From Alphaproteobacteria bacterium (GTDB lineage: Bacteria; Pseudomonadota; Alphaproteobacteria; UBA6615): a stretch of 64,000 nucleotides of DNA. Position numbers and translations under genes: made by a program. Positions 30,245 to 40,700 of this stretch are shown piece by piece (the first letter of the stretch is position 1; every line of letters starts with the position of its first letter). Under the pieces are notes generated by a model. The model was not told the DNA's origin. It saw only the letters and a list, made by a program, of their open reading frames with translations, and did no database searches. Location of the stretch: positions 64,001 to 128,000 of the forward strand of contig CBDHEC010000008.1 in NCBI GenBank assembly GCA_965261975.1. The letters are read 5' to 3'.

Positions 30245-31393
30245 ATGACCATAACACGCACCTGGTCGGCACTGGCCGGCGCAGCGCTGCTACTCGCGGC
30301 CTGCGATTTCACAGACGACGCACTCATTCCGTCCCTGACGGGCGAGCCTCCTTCCGGCGGCGACCGGCAGGTGATTGTCGCGAGCGCGGCTGAAAGAAAC
30401 CCGCAACCGACCATCTCCGGCGCACCACCGCAGCTTGGCCAGAATAATTTCCAGCCCGGTGGCGTGACGGCCGGGCAGCCCACGGGCACCGAAGTCGGGC
30501 GACGCGTGGAACGCCTGCGCGGCGACCTTGGACGCCTGCAGGCAAGTATCGGCAATGGCAACGAAGTGCTTCAGGGACTGCGCCAGCAGACCATCGCAAA
30601 CGCAAACACCTACCAAAGCCTCGTCGCCGACATTCAGGCACGCCTCCAGGTGGGTACGACACCGGGCAACCCGAATCTTGTCGCAGCCTGGACCCAGGCC
30701 CAGATGACGCTCGATCAGATTTCCGACGGTGTCGGACAGATGAACGGCCTGTCGAACAGCGTCGCGGACAGCAGCGCGCTGGCTGCGTTCATTCTGGAAT
30801 CCGTACGCGCCACCTACGGCCTCACCGGTGCGATCGACGAAGACCATCGCCAGCTCGCCATTCTCGAGGATGAGGTCAACCGCACCGTGGTGCTGATCGA
30901 CCGCCTGCTCAACGAACTGAGCGAAGACATATCGCGCCAGACCAACTATGTCGGTCGCGAGCGCAGCAACGTCACCGTGCTGTCACTCGCCGTGAAGAAC
31001 GGCGAGCTGTTCGGCACCAGCCTGGCCAACCGCGCCTTCGGCACCGCCGCGCCTGCGCGCGGCCCGTCAAACCCGGTGGCCAATCTGGCGAACCGCCGCC
31101 CGCTCGTGGTGATCCGCTTCGACCGCCCGAACGTGCCCTATCAGGAGCCGCTCTTCACCGCCGCCAGCGAAGCGCTGAACCGGCGCCCGGGTGCGGTGTT
31201 CGACATCGTCTCGATCGTGCCCCAGCAGGGCACGCCGGCACAGGTCGCGCTGTCCGCCAACCAGTCGCGGCGCAACGCCGAGCAGGTGCTCCAGACGCTG
31301 ATCCAGATGGGTCTGCCGAGTGATCGCCTGTCGCTGAGCTCCACTTCCAGTGCGGATGTGGGCAGCAACGAGGTGCATATCTACGTCAGATAG
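30245..31393 (+). CDS. Hypothetical lipoprotein with a helical/coiled-coil core and a degenerate OmpA-like C-terminal domain
   Basis: Lipobox LAAC and GGAG RBS. C-terminus IRF...RRNAEQV...L...GLPSDRL...EVHIYVR. Confidence 0.7.
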   Translation: MTITRTWSALAGAALLLAACDFTDDALIPSLTGEPPSGGDRQVIVASAAERNPQPTISGAPPQLGQNNFQPGGVTAGQPTGTEVGRRVERLRGDLGRLQASIGNGNEVLQGLRQQTIANANTYQSLVADIQARLQVGTTPGNPNLVAAWTQAQMTLDQISDGVGQMNGLSNSVADSSALAAFILESVRATYGLTGAIDEDHRQLAILEDEVNRTVVLIDRLLNELSEDISRQTNYVGRERSNVTVLSLAVKNGELFGTSLANRAFGTAAPARGPSNPVANLANRRPLVVIRFDRPNVPYQEPLFTAASEALNRRPGAVFDIVSIVPQQGTPAQVALSANQSRRNAEQVLQTLIQMGLPSDRLSLSSTSSADVGSNEVHIYVR

Positions 31394-31434
31394 TCCGGGG
31401 CCCGGCTCACACCGGGATCTCCCGCCATGTCTGT

Positions 31435-33813
31435 CTAGCGGTCGCGCTCGTCGAGCGCGCGGTCGAATGCAGCCAGCCGTTCGGCGACCCGCGCGTAGAC
31501 ACTGCCGGCAGGATAGTTGCCGTCCGAGTCGGGCACCCCTGCTTCCATCCCGGTGAACAATTCGACCGCTTCGTCCACATGGGCTGCCGAATAAGCGTGG
31601 AACCGACCCGCCGTGACATCCGCCGACATCTCGTCATCGAGGATGAGGCTCGGTTCGTTGGACCGGGGGAAAACGACCCCCTGGTCGCCCGTCAGCGGCC
31701 CCGCCTCCACGCAGGTGCGATAGAAGCCCTCGGCCTTCTCGATCAACCCGCCAATTGCCTGCACCTCACCGCGCTGGTTGACCGAGCCCGTGACCGCAAG
31801 GTCCTGGCGCAACGGCACATCGGCGAGATCCGACAGGATTGTCAGAACCTCGGCCAGCGAGGCGCTGTCTCCCTCGACCCCGCCATAGCTCTGCTCGAAG
31901 GTGATCGAGGCGTTGAATGACAACGGCGTGCGCCGCGCGAAAAGCCCGGCGAGGAACCCCTGGATGACCATCGCACCCTTTTGCTGGATCGGTCCGCCGA
32001 GCGAAGTCTCGCGTTCGATATTGGTCACGCCGCGGCGGCCGATCGATGTCCGCGCAGTCACGCGTGACGGCGTGCCGAAGGCATGATCACCCATGTCGCG
32101 GACAGTCAGCCCGTTGACCTGGCCGACCTCACTGCCAGACGTGGAGATCATCACCGTACCGCGATGGATCGATTCCTGAGTCCGGTCCTCGATCCGCGCA
32201 TTGCGGTTGCGGCGGCTTCGGCGTGACGCGCGCACAGCCTCGGCATCAATCTGTGTCGCGCCATTCGCGCGGGCCGTGTAGATCGCTTCGTTGACGATAT
32301 CCTCGACCAGTTCAAAACGTGCCGACAGCTTGGTCCGGTCGGCCGCGATACGCGCGGCATAACCAAGCAGGTAATGGATCGCATCGGGCGTACAGGTGGT
32401 GGCGCCATGCTTGTTCGCGTAGCCCTGAAGCAGCCCCGCATAGCAGGCGAGGTTCCCGCTGTTGGCTTCCATGTCGGCATCGATCTCGGCCTTCACCTTG
32501 AAATAGGCCTGAAACTCTGGGTCGACAGAGAAGAAGGTGTAATACCATTGCGGCGCGCCGACGATGACCACCTTCACATCGAGGGGGACCGGCGCGGGCT
32601 TCGGCGCTCCGGCCACGGGGATTCCGCCGGCGCGATACTGCTCCTCCATACGCACCATGCCATCTCGCAGCGCGCCCTTGAGCTGGTCCCAGCCACCCGC
32701 CTGGGCGGCGATAGCCTCGGCGCGCAACACCAGGACACCCCCATTCGCGCGATGTAACGCACCGGGCTGAATGAGCGAATAATCGGTCTGCAGGACACCC
32801 CCGACCTGACGATACTCGATCTGGCCGAAGAGATTGGCGTAGGTCGGGTTGCCCTCAAGCACGATGGGTGGCCCGGAGACATCTCCATTGTCGACCAGCA
32901 AATTGACCGCGTAGCGCGACTCTGCCGTCGGCGCTGCGGGTTGCAGGCCCGCAGGCGAACCCTCGGCCGCCTCGGCGGCCGGCTGAAACAAGGCCAGGTT
33001 CTCAAGCAGGTCGACCCGGAAGGCGACCAGCCAGCGGTTGAGGCCCTGCACATCGGAAAAGCGTGAAATCAGCTCGTCGACCAGACCGCCGACCGCGTTC
33101 TCAGCCACCGCACGGTTCAACTCGCGCACATCTTCCGCCAGCTTCGCCTGGCGGCGCGCGGCATCCCGGTTGATCTCGGCGAGCATCTGGCTGACACGCT
33201 GACCGGCCTCTTCCAAGGCCTTGCGCTCTGCCTCGGGCAGGTCTGAGACATCGCGCGGCTTACCGTCATCGTCCATTGCGGCGACCGCCAATCCCTGCGG
33301 CGACTGCACGAGGGACAGACCGGCGGCTTCCGCCTCCGCACGCGCCGCCTCGATGGCGGTGCCGATCTCGGCACGCATCGCGGAATCTTCGTCATGCAGA
33401 CGTTGTTGGTACTCCTCGCGCGCGAAGGCCTGGTGAAGCGCGTCGCGCAGCTGCGGGACAAGTGCTGCCATATCGTCGCGGAATTTCCGTCCCTCGCCAG
33501 CCGGCAGGCGCACGGCCAACGGCTCGTTCGAACGGCGGAAATTATTGAGGTAAATCCAGTCATCGGGGCGCGGACCATCACCCAGCGCCTCGTCGAGGTA
33601 GGAGAGTGTCGCGGTCATGCGCCCGCTGCGGTCTTCGCCCACGACAAAGATGTTGAACCCCGGATCGCGCGCACCGAGCCCGAATTCCAGGGCCTCGCGC
33701 GCACGCGCATGGCTCGACAGGGAAAACACCCGGACGTCGGGTGTCCCATCGGTGTCCGTGATCTCGAACGCCGGAAACCCCGCGTCGACCGATTCGATTT
33801 CCCTGACTGGCAT
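31435..33813 (-). CDS. Lon-like protease (LonC/AAA_32 type, S16 domain)
   Basis: DWIYLNNF, GALHRANGG, GQVNGL, FEQSYGGVEGDSAS and the Lys of the Ser-Lys dyad. Confidence 0.9.
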   Translation of the reverse strand: MPVREIESVDAGFPAFEITDTDGTPDVRVFSLSSHARAREALEFGLGARDPGFNIFVVGEDRSGRMTATLSYLDEALGDGPRPDDWIYLNNFRRSNEPLAVRLPAGEGRKFRDDMAALVPQLRDALHQAFAREEYQQRLHDEDSAMRAEIGTAIEAARAEAEAAGLSLVQSPQGLAVAAMDDDGKPRDVSDLPEAERKALEEAGQRVSQMLAEINRDAARRQAKLAEDVRELNRAVAENAVGGLVDELISRFSDVQGLNRWLVAFRVDLLENLALFQPAAEAAEGSPAGLQPAAPTAESRYAVNLLVDNGDVSGPPIVLEGNPTYANLFGQIEYRQVGGVLQTDYSLIQPGALHRANGGVLVLRAEAIAAQAGGWDQLKGALRDGMVRMEEQYRAGGIPVAGAPKPAPVPLDVKVVIVGAPQWYYTFFSVDPEFQAYFKVKAEIDADMEANSGNLACYAGLLQGYANKHGATTCTPDAIHYLLGYAARIAADRTKLSARFELVEDIVNEAIYTARANGATQIDAEAVRASRRSRRNRNARIEDRTQESIHRGTVMISTSGSEVGQVNGLTVRDMGDHAFGTPSRVTARTSIGRRGVTNIERETSLGGPIQQKGAMVIQGFLAGLFARRTPLSFNASITFEQSYGGVEGDSASLAEVLTILSDLADVPLRQDLAVTGSVNQRGEVQAIGGLIEKAEGFYRTCVEAGPLTGDQGVVFPRSNEPSLILDDEMSADVTAGRFHAYSAAHVDEAVELFTGMEAGVPDSDGNYPAGSVYARVAERLAAFDRALDERDR

Positions 33814-33901
33814 GGCTTCCTCCCTATGAGGACGAACTATACAGCCTCGGCCAATCATCGTCCCGCTCGCAACGACGCGTGACAGCCGCCATAATCTTCA
33901 C

Positions 33902-34339
33902 ATGTCCGTCACCGTTCGCTCTTTGCTGGCCGTGTTTCTTTTGTGTCTGATAGGGGCCGTCCCGGCTGGGGCAGAACCTGCGGCACCGACAAAAGACAGC
34001 CGCGCCTTCGCAACGGTGATCGAGAGCCAGATCGCGGCCTTCGCCCGAGACGACGCGGACGCCGCCTTCGCCCTGGCCAGCCCGGACATTCGCCGCACTT
34101 TCATGACCGCGGAACGGTTTATGCAGATGGTGCGGTCGTCATTCCAACCGGTCTACCGGCCCCGCACCTACAGTTTCGGCGACCCGGCCCTGGTCGGGGG
34201 CATCCCGGTACAACCGGTGCGCGTGATCGGTCCGGACGGGCGCGGCGTGGTGGCGCTGTACCGCATGGAAAGGCAATCCGACGGTAGATGGCGTATCGCC
34301 GGCGTCACGCTGCACCCCAGCGGCGAACGCGGCATCTAG
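33902..34339 (+). CDS. DUF4864-like secreted protein
   Basis: Signal peptide, [11 protein letters not shown]...AF..ASP.I...F...F..MV, and WRIAGV. Confidence 0.8.
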   Translation: MSVTVRSLLAVFLLCLIGAVPAGAEPAAPTKDSRAFATVIESQIAAFARDDADAAFALASPDIRRTFMTAERFMQMVRSSFQPVYRPRTYSFGDPALVGGIPVQPVRVIGPDGRGVVALYRMERQSDGRWRIAGVTLHPSGERGI

Positions 34340-34449
34340 CATCGCGCGACAGTTGGTCCACAGCCAAGTCCACAGCGACGATTGCACCGCCCCACGGTGC
34401 CCGCTTTAATACCCGCTGTTCAATTCTCCGCAATCAGATCGGTTCCGAC

Positions 34450-34917
34450 ATGGCCAGCTCTCAGCATGATTTTCCTGTTTCCTGGGAACAACTACACCGC
34501 GACGCCAAGGCACTCGCATGGCGACTGAAGGAGAGAGGCCCCTGGAATCAGATTGTTGCCATCACCCGCGGCGGGCTGGTGCCTGCTGCGATCGTCGCGC
34601 GCGAACTCGAGCTGCGTCTGGTCGACACCGTATGTGTGTCGTCCTATGACCATCAGGCACAGGGCGAACTCACAATCCTCAAGAAAGTTGAGGGCGATGG
34701 CGAGGGCACCTTGATCGTCGACGATCTGGTCGATACCGGGAATACCGCGAAGATCGTCCGCGAAATGCTGCCCAAGGCCCATTTCGCCACCGTCTATGCA
34801 AAGCCCGCCGGCCGGCCGCTGGTTGAAACCTTCGTGACCGAGGTCAGCCAGGACACCTGGATCCATTTCCCATGGGATCTGGAACTGCAATTCGTCCAGC
34901 CGATCGCCGCAAACTAG
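34450..34917 (+). CDS. gpt: Xanthine phosphoribosyltransferase
   Basis: [27 protein letters not shown] and [10 protein letters not shown] motifs. Confidence 0.93.
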   Translation: MASSQHDFPVSWEQLHRDAKALAWRLKERGPWNQIVAITRGGLVPAAIVARELELRLVDTVCVSSYDHQAQGELTILKKVEGDGEGTLIVDDLVDTGNTAKIVREMLPKAHFATVYAKPAGRPLVETFVTEVSQDTWIHFPWDLELQFVQPIAAN

Positions 34918-34932
34918 ACAAAGCGCGGCCGC

Positions 34933-35799
34933 TCAGCCCGCCCGCGCCGTTCGCAGGCGCGGGTCGAGCACATCACGCAGCCCATCCCCGAGCAGGTTCA
35001 GGCCCAGCACGGCGAGCGCAATCGCCAGCCCGGGCAGGATCGCCAGCTTGGGGTCGAGCGCCATAAACGTCTGCGCATCGAACAGCATCCGCCCCCAGCT
35101 CGGGGCGGGCGGCTGGGTGCCAAGCCCGAGATAGGCGAGCGCCGCCTCGGCCAGGATTGCCACGGCAAACTGGATCGTCGCCTGGACGATCAGCACCGGG
35201 GCAATATTCGGCAGGATGTGGTCACGGGTTACGGCCGCCGGTGATTTTCCGATCGCAAGTCCCGCGCGGGCATATTCCTGGCCCCAGACCTGGTTGGCAG
35301 CACCGCGCGCAACCCGCGCAAACACCGGCACGTTGAAAATACCGATGGCGATGATTGCGTTGACGGCACCGGGCCCGAAGATCGCGGTGATCAGGATGGC
35401 CGAGACAATCGCAGGGAAAGCGAACACGATATCTGCGCCGCGGGCCACGAGATCATCAACCCAACCACCCCGTGTCGCCGCGAGAAGGCCCAGGCTCACC
35501 CCGACAACGAGACCGATCCCGACGGCCACCACGCCGACCATGATCGAATTACGCGCACCGATCATCAGCCGGGTCGCGATGTCGCGCCCGAAATGGTCGG
35601 TCCCGAGCCAATGCGCCGCGCTCGGCCCCTGCATGCGCTGGGTGATCGACACGGCGTCGAAAGCATGCGGCGTCCAGATTAGCGAGACCAGCGCGACCAG
35701 CATCAGAGCCCCAGTCAGGATTGCCCCGATCAGGAAATTAGGATGACGCAGCAAGCGCGACACCCGCCCCGGCTGCATTGATTGATGCGTCAGGCTCAT
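34933..35799 (-). CDS. Peptide/nickel ABC transporter permease (DppC-like)
   Basis: HWLGTDHFGRD, HILPN and LGLGTQPP.PSWG motifs. Confidence 0.92.
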   Translation of the reverse strand: MSLTHQSMQPGRVSRLLRHPNFLIGAILTGALMLVALVSLIWTPHAFDAVSITQRMQGPSAAHWLGTDHFGRDIATRLMIGARNSIMVGVVAVGIGLVVGVSLGLLAATRGGWVDDLVARGADIVFAFPAIVSAILITAIFGPGAVNAIIAIGIFNVPVFARVARGAANQVWGQEYARAGLAIGKSPAAVTRDHILPNIAPVLIVQATIQFAVAILAEAALAYLGLGTQPPAPSWGRMLFDAQTFMALDPKLAILPGLAIALAVLGLNLLGDGLRDVLDPRLRTARAG

Positions 35800-36743
35800 G
35801 GTGCGCGCCGCGTGCGCGGGTCGATCGCGGTGGTGGCGACATCGACCAGGAAGTTCACCACAACAACAAGTCCGACGAGCAGCAGGGTCACGTCGCGCAA
35901 GACCACCAGATCGCGCTGGCTGACGGCCTGAAAAATCAGCCGCCCGACGCCCGGCAGGGCAAACACCACCTCTATCACGATCGAACCGGCGAGCAGGAAT
36001 GCAAACTGCAGTCCGATGATCGTGATCATGGGAATGAGTGCGTTGCGCAACACATGGCTCCACAGGACCCGCCGTGACGCCAGCCCCTTGGCCCGAGCCG
36101 TGCGCACATAATCGGCCCCCAGCGTGTCGAGTACCGACGTTCGCGTCACCCGCGCGAGAATCGCCGCTTCGGGCAGGGCCAGCGAAAGCGCCGGCAACAC
36201 AAGGGCCCAGAGGGCCGCCCCCAGGCCGGCGTCCCAGCCCGGAAAGCCAGAGGCCGGAAACCAGCCGAGCGCGACGGCGAAAATCAGAATCGAGAGGATC
36301 GCAAACCAGAAGTTCGGGATTGCCATGCCGACCTGACTGAAACCCATCACGCCATAATCACCGGGCCGTCCCCGGCGGGTCGCCGCCAGCATCCCGAGTG
36401 GAATGGCAATCAACGTCGACAGCGCCAAGGCAATCAGGGCCAGCGGTACCGTCAGTGTCAGGCGTTCCCCGATCAGCTGCGAGACGGGGACATCGTAGGT
36501 GTGGCTGATGCCGGTCGTACCCGACGCAAGCCCGCCGATCCAGGCGAGGTAGCGAAACACCGCCGGCCGGTCGAGACCCATCTGGCTGCGCAGCGCGGCC
36601 AGCGTGTCGTCCTGTGCTTCGGTTCCCAGGATCAGAAGCGCGGCGTCACCGGGCAGGATCTCCAGCACGAGGAAGATGACCAGGCTGGCCACCAGCAACG
36701 TGACCAGGAGCACCATTACCCGACGGGCGAGATAGGTCAGCAT
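35796..36743 (-). CDS. Peptide/nickel ABC transporter permease (DppB-like)
   Basis: LPGDAA, GLDRP, YVRTARAKG, HVLRNALIP and IDPR motifs. Confidence 0.93.
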   Translation of the reverse strand: MLTYLARRVMVLLVTLLVASLVIFLVLEILPGDAALLILGTEAQDDTLAALRSQMGLDRPAVFRYLAWIGGLASGTTGISHTYDVPVSQLIGERLTLTVPLALIALALSTLIAIPLGMLAATRRGRPGDYGVMGFSQVGMAIPNFWFAILSILIFAVALGWFPASGFPGWDAGLGAALWALVLPALSLALPEAAILARVTRTSVLDTLGADYVRTARAKGLASRRVLWSHVLRNALIPMITIIGLQFAFLLAGSIVIEVVFALPGVGRLIFQAVSQRDLVVLRDVTLLLVGLVVVVNFLVDVATTAIDPRTRRAP

Positions 36744-36770
36744 GATGGGTGTCCGGCGAGGCCCGGGCGT

Positions 36771-38255
36771 CTACTCCCAGCGAACGCCGGTGACGTCGGT
36801 TGCCTGTACCGGCGCGTTCCGCCACATGCCCTTGAGCCCCTTGCGCCAGACGCCCAGCTTGGCGAGCTGGAACATGTAGGCGTTCACCGCGTCCGATGTG
36901 ATCGTGCGCTGGGCCTGCCCGAGAATGCGGTTCCGCGCCGCCTGATCGCTTGTGTTGTTGAGGCGGGCCATCAGCGCCTTGAGCGAGGGGGAATCATAGT
37001 TGAAGTAGTATTTGTCGCGCGCGTAGATGCCGATATCGACGGGCTCGGTGTGGGACACAATCGTCAGGTCATAGTCGTCGCCGCGGAACACCTGCTCGAG
37101 CCACTGCGCCCACTCGACCGGGATAATCTCCACTTCAATACCCGCCTCTTTCAGCTGGGCCGCGACGATCTCCCCGCCGCGTCGCGCATAGGTCGGCGGC
37201 GGTAATTTGAGTGTAAGCTCGAGATCGGCCTGACCTGCATCCGCCAGCAGCGCACGCGCCCGGTCCGGGTCATGGGGATAGGTTTCGAGCAAATCCACAT
37301 AAGCCGGATGGTGGGGTGCGAAATGGGTGCCGATGGGCGTGCCGAAGCCAAACATGGCACCATCGATGATCGCCTGCTGATCGATCGCATGGGCAATGGC
37401 CTGCCGGACCCGGACATCATTCAGGGGCGGCCGGCCATTATTCATGGCAAGAATGGTCTCGCCCTCGGTTGAGCCGATCGCGACCTCGAAATTCGGGTCG
37501 GCCTGCAACGCGATGACCGCCTCGGGGGCCTGCAGGTTCACGACCGCATCGATGTCACCCGCCTTGAGCGCCGCGACCTGTGCCGATGGATCGGGGACGA
37601 AGCGGAACGTCACCTTGCGGATCGCGCGCGTATCATCGGTTGCCACAAGCCGGATCTGCGAGCCGCGCACCCAGCGGTCGAACTTGAAGGGCCCGGTCCC
37701 GATCGGGGCCACCTTGTTCGTCGCGGCCGATTCCGGTGCGACGATCACCGCATCCCCCCAGCCCAGATTGAACAGCAACGCGCCTTCCGGCCGAGACAGG
37801 GTGATCCTTACGGTTCGAGGGTCCACCGCTTCGACCGCGTCGATCGCCGCAAACAGGGGCTTCTGGGCATTCACCGAATCATCCGCCCGGGCGCGGTCGA
37901 GTGAAAAGACGACATCGTCGGCATCGAAATCCGTGCCGTCATGGAACGTCACGCCGTCCTTCAGTGTGAAAGTGTAGACCCGGCCGTCACCGGAAACCTT
38001 CCAGCTTTCAGCGAGCTGGGGCTGGACTGCGCCATTCTCGTCGATCCGGGTCAGCCCCTGGAACAGGTTGGCATAGACGATTTCATCGATCGCCGCGGCG
38101 GCGCCCGCCGTCGGATCGAGATGCGGCGGCTCGAGGGTGAGCCCGATGGTGAGAGAGTCTTTCGGCTGGGCCTGTGCGCCCGGCGCTGCCAGGAAGGCCA
38201 GGCCGGAGGCGACCACTATGGCTGCGGCAAAGCGCTTCGTCTTCATATCGACCAT
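36771..38255 (-). CDS. ABC transporter substrate-binding protein, family 5
   Basis: Signal peptide, LEPPHLDP, FHDG..FDADDV and GTGPF motifs. Confidence 0.93.
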   Translation of the reverse strand: MVDMKTKRFAAAIVVASGLAFLAAPGAQAQPKDSLTIGLTLEPPHLDPTAGAAAAIDEIVYANLFQGLTRIDENGAVQPQLAESWKVSGDGRVYTFTLKDGVTFHDGTDFDADDVVFSLDRARADDSVNAQKPLFAAIDAVEAVDPRTVRITLSRPEGALLFNLGWGDAVIVAPESAATNKVAPIGTGPFKFDRWVRGSQIRLVATDDTRAIRKVTFRFVPDPSAQVAALKAGDIDAVVNLQAPEAVIALQADPNFEVAIGSTEGETILAMNNGRPPLNDVRVRQAIAHAIDQQAIIDGAMFGFGTPIGTHFAPHHPAYVDLLETYPHDPDRARALLADAGQADLELTLKLPPPTYARRGGEIVAAQLKEAGIEVEIIPVEWAQWLEQVFRGDDYDLTIVSHTEPVDIGIYARDKYYFNYDSPSLKALMARLNNTSDQAARNRILGQAQRTITSDAVNAYMFQLAKLGVWRKGLKGMWRNAPVQATDVTGVRWE

Positions 38256-38309
38256 TCCCTTGCGTGAATTCCTGTCGCGCGAAACCTAGCAAATCCCGGC
38301 GATCAGCGT

Positions 38310-39360
38310 CTATTGCGCGGGTCCGCCGGAGACCGGGTAGGTATCCTTGTAGGCCGGCCAGTCACCCTGACCCGCCGCCTCGAAAACGCCACGCGCCACC
38401 GCGCGTGCGAGGCAATCCGCCGCCGCCATACCGATCCGCGCCACGTCATGGACCGGATCCGTGACCGGGGTGTGACCGGTGGCGAGCGCAAACACCACAT
38501 CGCCGTCCATCGGCGTGAAGACAGGCCGGATCGCACGCGCCATGCCGGCCTGGGCCATCCGCGCAACCCGGGCCGCCTGCGCCTTGGTCAGTGTCGCGTC
38601 GGTCGCCACCACGGCCAGGGTCGTGTTGGACGGATCCTCGCGGTGGCCATACTTATCGAGTGGATGGTCGAGCACCTCAACACGGGTCGCACCGCCCAAC
38701 CTGCCAAACTCGTCGCCACGCTCGAGCGCACCGGCCAAGAATTGGCCCGCACTGTTCGCCACAACCGACCCCAGCGCGTTCACCGCGGCCAACGCCCCGA
38801 CCGTCACACCATCATCCAGGACAACCGACGCCGTCCCCTGTCCGCCCTTAAGTGCGCGGCCGTCATGTCCGGTTGTGGTGGCACCGAACCCTGCGCCCGC
38901 ATTCCCCAACGCGACCTCCAGGCCGGCGCCCGCAACGGCGGCACGGGCCAGGGTGCGATAGGGAAGCGCCGTGTCGGCGTTGGCTCGAAAAGCGGTTTTG
39001 TCCCCGCCGTTCAGCAGATCGAACAGGATCACGGCCCGGCACGAGCGGCACATGTAAATCACCGACGGAGAACCCCCGCCCCTGCTCGGCGAGCCATCCC
39101 ATAACGCCGTCCGCTGCCGCCAGGCCGAAGGCCGATCCGCCGCCCAGCACAATCGCGTCCACCGCGTCCATCATGGCGTCCCCGCGCAGCAATTCGAGCT
39201 CCCGCGTTCCCGTGCCGCCGCCCTGCACATCCACGGCGGCGACCGCGCGCGAATCGGGCAAAATCACCGTCACCCCGGTGCGGATATCGGCGTCATCGGC
39301 CGCCCCGACTTTCAGACCGGCGACATCGGTAATGGCATTGCGTGGACCAACCTTGCTCAT
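38310..39360 (-). pseudogene. P1/DmpA family (S58) peptidase with a +1 frameshift
   Basis: The N-terminal half (NAITDVAGLKVG, GGGTGTRE, GGSAFGL) and C-terminal half (ILFDL, GNAGAG, NTTL, DGDVVFAL) are in different frames. There is one extra G at about 39035-39037. Confidence 0.85.
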
Positions 39361-40646
39361 TCGCTACCCCGCAACAGTTCCAGCCCCGCCGCCGCCATGA
39401 CCTTGGCCGACACAACCATGTCATCGATATCGATATACTCATCGGGTTGATGCGCGAGCTCCAGAATTCCCGGACCATACGCCACGCAATCCTTGAGTTT
39501 GCCGACCCGCCAGACATGCTTCTGGTCGTAGGTCCCCGGCGATGCCACATGACGCGACGGCGTTCCCAGAACCCGCTCGATGTTTCGGTCCAGTGCGCGC
39601 ACCAGGGGCGAGTCCGGTTCGGTCAGGGTCGGCGGCACCGACCAGAGTTCGCGCAGTGCATAGTCAAACTCTTCACGCTCGGCCGACAACCGGTCGAGGA
39701 TGTCGACCACCTCGGCACGCACCTCCGCCTCGTCCTCTTCCATCAGGTAACGCCGGTCGAGGACGACCCGGCATCGGTCCGCGACCAGCGCGGATGGAAA
39801 TCCCGAGGCCATGTCCTGTTCATCGAGCCCGCCATGGATCGAGTTGTAGTTCAGCGTCGACTGGCGCGCGGCGTCGGGAATGACCGGCATCGCGGTACGA
39901 CGTTCCGCGAGCCGGGGGTAGAGCTCGTTTTCAACCTTTTCCAGGAACGCTGCCATGCCGCGGATCGCCGACACGCCGAGAAACGGCATCGAGCCGTGGG
40001 CGATCCGGCCGAGCACCTCGATCTCGGCCCACCATACGCCGCGATGGCCCAGGCACACGCTGTCCTTGTATAGCGGCTCGGGAATGATCACATGGTCGAC
40101 CCGCGGCCTGGAGAAATGGCCGCGCTCGGCAAGCCAGGCCACGCCGGCATAACCGCCGGACTCCTCGTCCACCGTGCCGGATATCTCGATCGCACCGGGA
40201 AAGGGTGCTCCCGATTCAAGCAGCGTCTCGACGGCGATCACGCTGGCAGCCAGGCCACCCTTCATATCGCAGGTACCGCGCCCATAGACCCGGCCGTCGC
40301 GCACCAAACCGGCGAACGGATCGACGGTCCATCCCTCGCCCGGTGCCACCACGTCGATATGGCTGTTGAAGTGGATGCACGGGCCCGGACCGTCACCTTC
40401 GATACGCGCCACCACATTGGTTCGCGGATACGCGTCGCTATCGCCGAGCGCGCCCTCGGCACGCAGATACTCGACCTCGAACCCACGCGCTGCGAGGCGT
40501 TCTCCCAGGAAACGGGCGCAGGCCTCGTACGCGTCACCCGGCGGGTTGATCGTCGGAATGCGCACCAGGTCAGCCGTCAACGCGGCGAGCGCATCTCCCT
40601 GGCCGTCGATAAGGCGGAAAAGATCATCGATTTCATGTCCGGACAT
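39357..40646 (-). CDS. M20 family deacylase (ArgE/DapE-like)
   Basis: NSHIDVV, GRGTCDMKGG, DEESGG and AHQPDE motifs. Confidence 0.9.
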   Translation of the reverse strand: MSGHEIDDLFRLIDGQGDALAALTADLVRIPTINPPGDAYEACARFLGERLAARGFEVEYLRAEGALGDSDAYPRTNVVARIEGDGPGPCIHFNSHIDVVAPGEGWTVDPFAGLVRDGRVYGRGTCDMKGGLAASVIAVETLLESGAPFPGAIEISGTVDEESGGYAGVAWLAERGHFSRPRVDHVIIPEPLYKDSVCLGHRGVWWAEIEVLGRIAHGSMPFLGVSAIRGMAAFLEKVENELYPRLAERRTAMPVIPDAARQSTLNYNSIHGGLDEQDMASGFPSALVADRCRVVLDRRYLMEEDEAEVRAEVVDILDRLSAEREEFDYALRELWSVPPTLTEPDSPLVRALDRNIERVLGTPSRHVASPGTYDQKHVWRVGKLKDCVAYGPGILELAHQPDEYIDIDDMVVSAKVMAAAGLELLRGSE

Positions 40647-40700
40647 AAAGGCAAGCTAGAGCGGTTCAATCTGTCGGGACAAGGCTTTAGAGTGCCGCCG

